Assembly: GCA_944364015.1 (NCBI GenBank)
Contig: CALVVX010000003.1
Span: 1 to 32,830 of the forward strand
From: an uncultured Bacilli bacterium
GTDB taxonomy: Bacteria > Bacillota_I > Bacilli_A > RF39 > UBA660
DNA: 32,830 bases
Reading direction: 5' to 3'
The notes beneath the pieces are model-generated. The model searched no databases. It was given only the letters and a program-made list of their open reading frames with translations, and was not told the origin of the DNA. Positions 8,685-16,629 of this stretch are shown piece after piece (the first letter of the stretch is position 1; each line of letters begins with the position of its first letter). The position numbers and the translations under genes were made by a program.

Positions 8685-9586
8685 AATGGTCATTTGCCTC
8701 AATGGGACTTTTAGCAGCAGGTTTAGTAGGAGTAGTAATAATCTTATTATTTCAAAACTTAACAATAAACAACGAAGAAGATTATTACTTACTAAAAGAA
8801 ATACTAGAAGCCTCAATGACAGAATCAGTAGATTTAGCATACTATCGCGACACGGGACATTTAAAAATTGTTCAAGAAAAATTAGTGGAAAACTTTACAA
8901 GAAGATTTGCAGAATCTGCCAATATATTAAACACACAAAACTATAGCATAGAATTTTACAACATAATGGAAAAACCACCAAAAGCAAGTGTCAGAATAGT
9001 AACGGACATTGGAGAATACACAATATATGGAAATCACCTTGATCCAGAGGAATTTGCAGTAGCTAATACCCTTGATGGTATATTAGAAATAGATGAAATA
9101 CCAGAAGACATAGAAAAAAAAGATGAATGCTATACAACCATTTATTATACCTCACAACCATATGCAGGACCAGGAAGTGGTGTGTATAGACAAGAAAATG
9201 GAAATGGAACAGCAATAAAAAAACCTAACTTACCAGGAGACTGGGAAGCAATAGATATAAGATATCTTGGAGTAATAGCTACCGAAGAAGAGATGAACTA
9301 TTATAACAGAGATGAATGGTTTGTCTACCAAACAGGAGGCTGGGAAGTAGAAGAAACTGTAGATGGTTCACCACTAGCCAATTATATAATGACAGATATA
9401 GTAGTAGATAGATTAGAACTATTTCCAGCAGAAGGCGATGGATTACCAAGATTTTACTGGCAAGCAACATTCAACTGTTCAAATCCAGTTGATGCTTATG
9501 CAACAAACGGAACAATCCAAACAGTATGCCCGTTTGGAATCCAATTTGAAGTACAATGGTACAATAAAGAATGTGAACAACAATAA
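8681..9586 (+). CDS. TadE/TadG-like pseudopilin (DUF5411-like N-terminus) with extra C-terminal domain
   Basis: N-terminal TM helix, then amphipathic helix EEDYYLLKEILEASM...VDLAYYR. Lies just before cpaB. Confidence 0.55.
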   Translation: MKWSFASMGLLAAGLVGVVIILLFQNLTINNEEDYYLLKEILEASMTESVDLAYYRDTGHLKIVQEKLVENFTRRFAESANILNTQNYSIEFYNIMEKPPKASVRIVTDIGEYTIYGNHLDPEEFAVANTLDGILEIDEIPEDIEKKDECYTTIYYTSQPYAGPGSGVYRQENGNGTAIKKPNLPGDWEAIDIRYLGVIATEEEMNYYNRDEWFVYQTGGWEVEETVDGSPLANYIMTDIVVDRLELFPAEGDGLPRFYWQATFNCSNPVDAYATNGTIQTVCPFGIQFEVQWYNKECEQQ

Positions 9587-9598
9587 AGGAGGAAGAAA

Positions 9599-10549
9599 AT
9601 GAAAAATATACAAGTATCAATAAAAAAGTTTTTAGGAAATAAAAACACCGTAACAATAATAGGGGTAATAATATGTATAATAATATTATACGTTGGTTAT
9701 AATTATCAAATATCAAGAGTAGCTAATTTAATAGATATGCCAGTAGCTAATGAGGACATTCAACCAAGAACACAAATAACTAGTAATCTAATTAAAACCG
9801 TAAAGGTTCCTAGTAGTTTATTAGAAGGAGAATTTTATACAGCACCAAAAGATATTGTTGGAAAATACACAAATTATAATTCAGTAATACCAAAAGGTAG
9901 TTTGTTCTATCGTACATTATTAATTGATGCTGAAAATATGCCAAGTGCAGTATATTCAGATGTACCAGAAGGTTATACTGTAATTAACTATCCAGTAGAT
10001 ATGTATACAACTTATGCAAATACAATGGAACCAGAAACTTATATAAATATATACTTTAAAGCAATAAATGATGATAATGAAGTAATTTTTGGTAAATTTA
10101 TACATAACGTAAAAATACTTGCAGTAAAAGATTCAGTAGGTCAAAACGTATTTGAATCTTCAGAAGAAACAAGAATACCAAACTATATAATTTTCGCAGT
10201 TCCAGAAAATATACATGAACTATTTAGAAAAGCCCAATACATAGCGGAAGAATATGGAATACAATTCTTACTTGTACCAAATACAATAACATTAACTGAA
10301 GAAGATGCAGTTGAAGTAACAAGTGGAGATATCAGAGATTATATCATGGAAAGAACAGCAATGATTGACATAAATGAAGAAGTAACAGATGAACAACTAT
10401 GGGATAAAGAAGCAGCAGAACAAAAAAAGGAAGAACAAGCCCAACAAAATGAACAAAATGCAAACAATGAAAATACAGAAAACCAAAACAATGAACAACA
10501 AAACAACAATCAAAATAATGAACAACAAAATAATAATCAAAACAACTAG
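9599..10549 (+). CDS. cpaB: CpaB/RcpC-like Flp pilus assembly protein (SAF domain) with Asn/Gln-rich tail
   Basis: TM helix, SAF-like segment MPVANEDIQPRTQIT...DIVGKY...IPKGS, and RcpC-like NVKILAVKD. Confidence 0.75.
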   Translation: MKNIQVSIKKFLGNKNTVTIIGVIICIIILYVGYNYQISRVANLIDMPVANEDIQPRTQITSNLIKTVKVPSSLLEGEFYTAPKDIVGKYTNYNSVIPKGSLFYRTLLIDAENMPSAVYSDVPEGYTVINYPVDMYTTYANTMEPETYINIYFKAINDDNEVIFGKFIHNVKILAVKDSVGQNVFESSEETRIPNYIIFAVPENIHELFRKAQYIAEEYGIQFLLVPNTITLTEEDAVEVTSGDIRDYIMERTAMIDINEEVTDEQLWDKEAAEQKKEEQAQQNEQNANNENTENQNNEQQNNNQNNEQQNNNQNN

Positions 10550-10571
10550 AAAATAGAAAGGAGTTGGCTAT

Positions 10572-11801
10572 ATGGATCAGCAATTTACACAAATTGATTT
10601 TGGTCCTCTAAAACCATTACTAGATACAGATGATATAACAGATATATCCTATAGTAATGGAGGACAAGTATGGTTAAAAACTTTGTCTAAAGGAGTATAT
10701 CGAATAGAAAATACTGGTATTGATAATCAATTAATGGAAAAAATTGCCTTTCAGTGTGCAAATGCCATGGGTAAAAGCTTCAATATGGCTAACCCTTTCC
10801 TCGATGCTGAAAGTGCTGAATTACGTATGAATTTTGTTCACGATTCAATAGCCAGAAATGGAATAGCAGTATTAATACGTAAAACACCTGCAAAAATAAG
10901 ATTACAAAAAGAAAAAATAATTCAAGAAGATTACATTAGATTAGATATTCATGATTTTCTATTAAAATGTGTTGAAGGCCACTGTAATATATTAGTAAGT
11001 GGTGAAACTGGATCTGGTAAAACAGAATTTGTCAAATATCTAGCGGCACATACAAAAGAAAATGAAAAAATTATAACAATTGAAGATACATTAGAATTGC
11101 ACTTAGATCGCATTTTTCCACATCGTGATATAGTAGCAATGAAAACAAATAATATTGCCTCATATTCTGATGTATTAGTAACATGTATGCGTCAAAATCC
11201 TAGATGGATATTATTATCAGAAGTAAGAAGTGCTGAAGCTGTTATGGCTGTACGTAACTCTATATCATCAGGACACAACATACTATCAACAATACATGCT
11301 GATAAAGCAGCATCAATACCAAACCGTCTATATAGCCTACTAGAATCAAATATAGATTTAGAACAATTTTTAAGAAGTATACATAGATACGTACAATTAG
11401 GAGTTCATATAAAAGGATATTACAGTACTAAATATCAAAAATTTCATCGTGAAGTATCTGAAGTAACAGAATTTTATGTAACAAATGAAAATGAACCAAA
11501 ATCAAATACACTTTATAAAAAAACACCAGATGGTAGAGTAACAATACATAATCCTAGTCAATACTTAATTGATTATTTAGAAAGTCAAGGAGTAATAATG
11601 CCTAAGAATATATTAGTAAAAGAAGAATTTCATGAACCAGAAAAAGAAGAAAATATGACAAATAATACTCAAAACACAACAAAAACACCAAATGTAACAC
11701 CAATATTACAACAAAATGCAAATCCTACACCAAGACCAATAAATATAACACCAAATGTAAATTATGCAAATAATCAACAAACGTTTTGGAACAATAATTA
11801 A
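10572..11801 (+). CDS. cpaF: CpaF/TadA (VirB11-family) secretion ATPase
   Basis: GPLKPLL...ITDI, Walker A GETGSGKT, Asp box IEDTLEL, Walker B ILLSEVR and His box GH...STIHA. Confidence 0.9.
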   Translation: MDQQFTQIDFGPLKPLLDTDDITDISYSNGGQVWLKTLSKGVYRIENTGIDNQLMEKIAFQCANAMGKSFNMANPFLDAESAELRMNFVHDSIARNGIAVLIRKTPAKIRLQKEKIIQEDYIRLDIHDFLLKCVEGHCNILVSGETGSGKTEFVKYLAAHTKENEKIITIEDTLELHLDRIFPHRDIVAMKTNNIASYSDVLVTCMRQNPRWILLSEVRSAEAVMAVRNSISSGHNILSTIHADKAASIPNRLYSLLESNIDLEQFLRSIHRYVQLGVHIKGYYSTKYQKFHREVSEVTEFYVTNENEPKSNTLYKKTPDGRVTIHNPSQYLIDYLESQGVIMPKNILVKEEFHEPEKEENMTNNTQNTTKTPNVTPILQQNANPTPRPINITPNVNYANNQQTFWNNN

Positions 11802-11823
11802 CTTAGAAAAGAAGGTGAATTAA

Positions 11824-12717
11824 ATGGAAATAATTATAGTTGGTATAATAATTATATTTATAATATTATACAGATCTAGTAAAGGAGAAGGTGTATATAC
11901 TTTTGTTCAAAAACAAGTTGGAATAGTATATGACAAATATGCTCCATACTCCTATAAAACTATGCGTACTAAAGTAAAAGAATTAGGATTAGAATATACA
12001 CCAAGACAATATTTAATTCAAGTAGTAGGTTTTGCAGTAGTAGCGGGTGTATGTAGTTATTTATACTTTTACAACATAATAGTAAGTATTATATACATAA
12101 TTGCAGCCATTGCGGTTATACCATATCTTACATATTTAAGATGTAAAAGACAATATAGTGAATATATATTTGAACAAGTACAAGTTTATTGTACAAACAC
12201 AATAATGGAATTTGCTACAACTAATGCTTTCGTAAAATCACTAGAAGGTGTAGTAGAATCAGGTGTATTAGAAGAACCATTATTATCAGATGTTAAAACT
12301 ATGATAGCATTATCATATGAAAAAGGAGATGTATATGATTCAATTAAATATTTTGATACTAAATATCCCTTTTATATGGTAAAAAATATGCATCAATTAT
12401 TCTTACAAGTAACTAAAGAAGGTGCTAAAGACACCGCAGAGACATTTGATAATATGCTAAATGATATAGATATGTTAGTTGAAGGTGTTTACAGAGACCG
12501 TATGGATCGCCAAATATTTCATAAAAAATTCTTAACATATGGTGTAGCACTATATGGTCTAATTGCTCTAGTACAACTATTAATAAGTGTTGAAACATAT
12601 ATAAGTATGTTAGATCGGTGGTATATGGCACTATTAGTCCATGCAATTGTATTAATAAATAGTTTCTTCCTTTTAAAAGGAGAAAAATATTATAATGAGA
12701 ATGTGGGGGCTGAATAA
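11824..12717 (+). CDS. tadB: TadB-like (GspF fold) platform protein
   Basis: TM pair, cytoplasmic helical domain and C-terminal TM helices. Lies directly after cpaF. Confidence 0.7.
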   Translation: MEIIIVGIIIIFIILYRSSKGEGVYTFVQKQVGIVYDKYAPYSYKTMRTKVKELGLEYTPRQYLIQVVGFAVVAGVCSYLYFYNIIVSIIYIIAAIAVIPYLTYLRCKRQYSEYIFEQVQVYCTNTIMEFATTNAFVKSLEGVVESGVLEEPLLSDVKTMIALSYEKGDVYDSIKYFDTKYPFYMVKNMHQLFLQVTKEGAKDTAETFDNMLNDIDMLVEGVYRDRMDRQIFHKKFLTYGVALYGLIALVQLLISVETYISMLDRWYMALLVHAIVLINSFFLLKGEKYYNENVGAE

Positions 12718-13502
12718 TGGAAATACTATTAATTGGAGCAATAATATTATTCTTAATGATATATAATAATAAAATATCTAAAAAAGAATTTGTAGATGAT
12801 AATAAAAAATACTTTGTTTTATTAAAAGAAAAAGATTATGATTTCTTACTTAGAGCAAAGTATGGAGATAACGTCATAGATCCAGATGCTGTATTTATGA
12901 CAAGAATAAGAAATGCTGCTATTGTAATAGTGCTAGTAGTATTTGTATTTATAACAAATTTAAGCTTTTTAAATATTTTAATTGCTTTTGTATTAGGATT
13001 TTTAGTATTTAAAGCACCATATAATGATTTAAAAAGATTTTATAGAAGAAATCTTAATACAATAGATTCATTATTACCATATTATTTAAAGAGCCTAGAA
13101 GTACTAGTACATCACTATACAGTACCAGTAGCATTAGCAAAATCAATAGATGATGCACCAGAAGTATTTAAACCAGGATTAAAAAGAATGGTAGCTAAAA
13201 TAGAATCAGGTGATGCAAGTGTACAACCATATATGGATTTTGCTGCAGAATATCCAGTTAGAGATTCAATGCGTATGATGCGTTTACTATATAGATTAGG
13301 TTTAGGAGAACAAGAGAAAAAACATGAACAATTAATTGCGTTCTCTAGAACAGTATCTAACTTGCAAAATAAAGCAAGAGAACAAAAATATCAAGCTAGA
13401 CTTGATACCATGGAAGGACAAACTATGAAAATGTTAGTTTGTACTGGAGGTGGAACTTTAGTATTATTATTGGTTTCTATTGTTATGGTTATGGCAATAT
13501 AA
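12717..13502 (+). CDS. tadC: TadC-like platform protein
   Basis: TM pair, IDSLLPYYLKSLEVL...ALAK...IESG GspF-like segment and a C-terminal TM helix. Coupled to tadB by TAATG. Confidence 0.72.
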   Translation: MEILLIGAIILFLMIYNNKISKKEFVDDNKKYFVLLKEKDYDFLLRAKYGDNVIDPDAVFMTRIRNAAIVIVLVVFVFITNLSFLNILIAFVLGFLVFKAPYNDLKRFYRRNLNTIDSLLPYYLKSLEVLVHHYTVPVALAKSIDDAPEVFKPGLKRMVAKIESGDASVQPYMDFAAEYPVRDSMRMMRLLYRLGLGEQEKKHEQLIAFSRTVSNLQNKAREQKYQARLDTMEGQTMKMLVCTGGGTLVLLLVSIVMVMAI

Positions 13503-13549
13503 CTAACAATTGAAATATATAAAAGTAAAACGAAAGGAGGAATATATAA

Positions 13550-13738
13550 ATGAAAGAAGCAACAGGAGAAGTTTCAATGACAATGGTTACAATAGTAGCA
13601 ATTGCAGTTATTGGAGGTATCTTAGCTTTAATGTGGGATCCTATAACAAATTGGATTCAAGATTCATTTGGTGGAGCTGCAGGAGAAACTGCAGGTGATA
13701 GTGGTTACCAACCAGAAGATTTTGATATGGGACCATAA
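13550..13738 (+). CDS. Putative Flp-like major pilin with atypical N-terminus
   Basis: 62 aa with a strong AAAGGAGG RBS. Single hydrophobic helix plus WDPITNWI amphipathic segment, located after tadC. Confidence 0.7.
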   Translation: MKEATGEVSMTMVTIVAIAVIGGILALMWDPITNWIQDSFGGAAGETAGDSGYQPEDFDMGP

Positions 13739-13757
13739 TTAGAAAGTAGGTGATTAG

Positions 13758-14213
13758 ATGAGAGAAGCATTTGGAGGGGTCTTTCTTTCTAAATTAACAA
13801 TGGTATTTTTAGTAATATATATAATATTTATTGCCATGGCATTAAATTATGCTAAAGCATTTAAAACTAAAAATGGTATTATTGATTACATTGAAAGATA
13901 TGAAGGATTTAATTCATATTCTCAAAGTGCAATTAATAGTTATTTAGATGAAATAGGATACAATGTACCAGCACAAGGACCAAACGGTTCCTATGCATCT
14001 TCTCATCCAGAAGCCGTATGTTATGATAGAGGTTATTGCATAGAAAAAGTAGAAAAAGATGGTAGAATAGTAGCACAAGTAGTAACATTTATACAGTTTA
14101 ACTTTTTTCAAATAAACGATAATTATAATTTTACTAGTGTTTTACAATTTCCACCAATAACAGTTACTGGAGATATTCAACAATATAGTCCAGATGAATT
14201 TTGGACTAGTTAA
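13758..14213 (+). CDS. Minor pilin-like protein, paralog 1
   Basis: MREAFG, TM helix, ALNYAKAF and CYDRGYCI. Confidence 0.65.
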   Translation: MREAFGGVFLSKLTMVFLVIYIIFIAMALNYAKAFKTKNGIIDYIERYEGFNSYSQSAINSYLDEIGYNVPAQGPNGSYASSHPEAVCYDRGYCIEKVEKDGRIVAQVVTFIQFNFFQINDNYNFTSVLQFPPITVTGDIQQYSPDEFWTS

Positions 14214-14227
14214 AAAGAGGTGATACA

Positions 14228-14683
14228 ATGAAAGATGCATTTGGAGCTGCCTATTATATAAAGGTTGCAATTCTTTTTATAGCTATCTTTGCATCAATGC
14301 TAGCAGTAGCATTAAATTATGCTAAAGCGTTTCGTATTAAAAATACGATAGTCAGTTATATTGAAGCAAATAACGGACTAGATGACTCTTTAAGACAAAA
14401 AATAGACAACTATGTTGCAGAAATGAAATATTATGTTACAAATGTTAACCCTGGCTCTCAAACATTAGCAACTTATGAATCAGGTTACGTATTTAGAGAT
14501 GGAGAATGTGAAGATAGAGGATATTGTATATATCATTACTCTACAGATAATTCATATACCAATACTCATGAGTATAGAGGAGATTATTATAAAGTAGTAA
14601 CTTACATTCAAATTCAGTTTCCATTTTTTGATGTAGATGTAAAAATTCCTGTAACTGGTGAAACAAGACTAGTAACTGAATAA
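14228..14683 (+). CDS. Minor pilin-like protein, paralog 2
   Basis: MKDAFG, TM helix, ALNYAKAF and CEDRGYCI. Same length (151 aa) as paralog 1. Confidence 0.65.
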   Translation: MKDAFGAAYYIKVAILFIAIFASMLAVALNYAKAFRIKNTIVSYIEANNGLDDSLRQKIDNYVAEMKYYVTNVNPGSQTLATYESGYVFRDGECEDRGYCIYHYSTDNSYTNTHEYRGDYYKVVTYIQIQFPFFDVDVKIPVTGETRLVTE

Positions 14684-14694
14684 TATGCACTAAC

Positions 14695-14735
14695 TAAAAA
14701 TAGGAAAATACTTATAATTCCTATTTTTATTATTT
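14695..14735 (+). terminator. Intrinsic terminator ending the Tad operon
   Basis: Inverted repeat TAAAAATAGGAA...TTCCTATTTTTA. Confidence 0.7.
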
Positions 14736-14767
14736 AATTTAAAAAATGTAAAACTAGTTTAAAAATA

Positions 14768-14796
14768 TTGACATTTATTGATAAATATATTATCAT
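14768..14796 (+). promoter_or_regulatory. Near-consensus sigma-A promoter for the VirB2-like pilin
   Basis: TTGACA-17 nt-TATCAT, with an AAAGGAGGT RBS downstream. Confidence 0.75.
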
Positions 14797-14823
14797 ATAC
14801 TTAAGTAAAAAAGGAGGTAGAAC

Positions 14824-15144
14824 ATGTTATTTCTTGATTATTGCGATGATTTAGGTCCAATTATAAAGATAATAAAAAATGGAGTTATTCCTTTGCTTCA
14901 AATTGGTATTCCGATTATATTAATTTTACTTGGAATGATTGATCTAGGAAAAGCCGTTATTGCAAGTAAAGAAGATGAAATTAAAAAGGCACAAGGAATG
15001 CTTATTAAAAGATTAATATACGCAGTTGCTGTATTCTTTGTAACAACAATTGTTGTTCTAGTATTCGGTATATTTGTAAATTCAGGTGCTAGTGAAGACA
15101 TTGAAGGTACACAAGACTGGCGAGATTGTTGGAACAACTATTAA
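14824..15144 (+). CDS. VirB2/TrbC-like T4SS pilin
   Basis: Two hydrophobic helices separated by a charged loop (IPIILILLGMIDLGKAVIASKEDEIKKAQGMLIKRLIYAVAVFFV), with one Cys near each terminus. Confidence 0.72.
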   Translation: MLFLDYCDDLGPIIKIIKNGVIPLLQIGIPIILILLGMIDLGKAVIASKEDEIKKAQGMLIKRLIYAVAVFFVTTIVVLVFGIFVNSGASEDIEGTQDWRDCWNNY

Positions 15145-15149
15145 AAATA

Positions 15150-15190
15150 AATAAAAAACATTTTTCAAACGAAAAGTGCTTTTTTTATTA
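15150..15190 (+). terminator. Intrinsic terminator after the pilin gene
   Basis: Hairpin CATTTTTC-AAAC-GAAAAGTG followed by a T-run. Confidence 0.55.
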
Positions 15191-15199
15191 CTCATTTTA

Positions 15200-15208
15200 T
15201 GATATAAT
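15200..15208 (+). promoter_or_regulatory. Extended -10 promoter for the T4SS operon
   Basis: TGATATAAT, matching TGn-TATAAT. Confidence 0.55.
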
Positions 15209-15256
15209 AGTGGCAGATATATCTTTTCAAATTTAATAAATCAATTGAGGTGTAAA

Positions 15257-16609
15257 ATGAAAAATAAATATATATATATATTATTAGCATTTGTATGTTT
15301 TTTTGGCTTTAATGCCTCCGTTAATGCTGATTATAAAATTATTTGCCAATATGAGAAAATTGTAAATGATGTAAATCAAAGTAACTGTAGAAACCCACTT
15401 GCAGTTGTTACAATAGAATATGATCAGTCAAATAGTGCGTATCCATATAGAGTGCAAGAAGCTAGAGAATGTCCTGATGATGATACAGGATATCATAGCC
15501 AAATACTTAGTACTTTTGAATTACCTGAAATACAAGCCCAAAAAAATTATGGTGGATTAGGTAATAGATTTTTATTATTTCATACAGCAATGAGTAATAA
15601 CAAATGTCCAAGCAATGTAATTTTTAATAAATATAATAGCTCTTTTCTTTGCTTTTATGGAAGCAATAATGGTAAAAACTATTGTGCACAACAAAGTAAT
15701 ATAAGTGTTGATAGGGATGATCGTAACAATAACAATTTAAGAGAAACATTCTCAATTGGAGAAAAAATTGATATAGAAATAGAAACTGGTGATTATCCAA
15801 ATATAAGTAATGGAGATTCTTGTGAATTAACAGTACCACTAGGAGGAAAAAATACCAATACATGTTATATAAATTTTGAATATAACAATAATGATTTAAT
15901 AGTAAGATATTCAACTTCAAAAGACGGTTCTAAAAATGTTGCATCAGGAGAAAAATTTGGTTGTGGTGGATACACATCAGGTAGTGGATCAAATGCAGTA
16001 CAGACAACAAAATATGTAAATTTAACAAATACAGGTGCTTCTTTACATTCAAAAGGTGTTTTAGTAACAACAAGAGCTACATTTAATAAAAAATATCTTG
16101 ATGAGTGGAATAAAACTGGAGAGTGTCCTAGTTTAACAACAGATAGTAAGATTGCAGCAAACAATACAAATGAACATAATTTTTATTTATTATTTTCAGA
16201 TGCTGCGCAAGACGTAAGAGAAAACGGCAGTGGGAAAATGGACGCTAATAATTCTATCGATTTAACAGTATTTGAAGGAAAATGGTCAGAGTGTATACAA
16301 GATGGAGAACAATATGACAGCTGTGATGGCCTATTAGGAGACGATTTAATAAAAATAATTGACGATATTTTATTTTATGTAAGAGTATTTGTACCAATAA
16401 TTTTAATTGCATTAGGACTTATGGACTTTGTTAAAGCAGTTATTGCTAGCCAAGATGATGCAATGGCAAAAGCTAGAAATAAATTTATTAAAAGATTAAT
16501 CATGGCTTTTGTAATATTTTTAGCCCCAACAGTAGTAAACTTCTTATTAAATACATTTGATGGTTTATGGGCTTATTTAGAAAATCCAAGTTGTAGTATA
16601 TTTGATTAA
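15257..16609 (+). CDS. Secreted Cys-rich protein fused to a C-terminal VirB2-like pilin domain
   Basis: Signal peptide (...SVNA/D) and about 13 Cys in the mature part. C-terminus (VPIILIALGLMDFVKAVIASQDDAMAKARNKFIKRLIMAFVIF) is clearly homologous to 14824-15144. Start at ATG 15257 after GAGGTG. Confidence 0.78.
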   Translation: MKNKYIYILLAFVCFFGFNASVNADYKIICQYEKIVNDVNQSNCRNPLAVVTIEYDQSNSAYPYRVQEARECPDDDTGYHSQILSTFELPEIQAQKNYGGLGNRFLLFHTAMSNNKCPSNVIFNKYNSSFLCFYGSNNGKNYCAQQSNISVDRDDRNNNNLRETFSIGEKIDIEIETGDYPNISNGDSCELTVPLGGKNTNTCYINFEYNNNDLIVRYSTSKDGSKNVASGEKFGCGGYTSGSGSNAVQTTKYVNLTNTGASLHSKGVLVTTRATFNKKYLDEWNKTGECPSLTTDSKIAANNTNEHNFYLLFSDAAQDVRENGSGKMDANNSIDLTVFEGKWSECIQDGEQYDSCDGLLGDDLIKIIDDILFYVRVFVPIILIALGLMDFVKAVIASQDDAMAKARNKFIKRLIMAFVIFLAPTVVNFLLNTFDGLWAYLENPSCSIFD

Positions 16610-16629
16610 AAAGTAAAGGAGGTGCATCT

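Noticed and set aside
8677-8946. 89-aa + strand ORF
   Set aside because: Out-of-frame shadow of 8681-9586.
13510-13698. Alternative 62-aa ORF overlapping the pilin
   Set aside because: No RBS. The 13550 frame has a strong RBS and pilin features.
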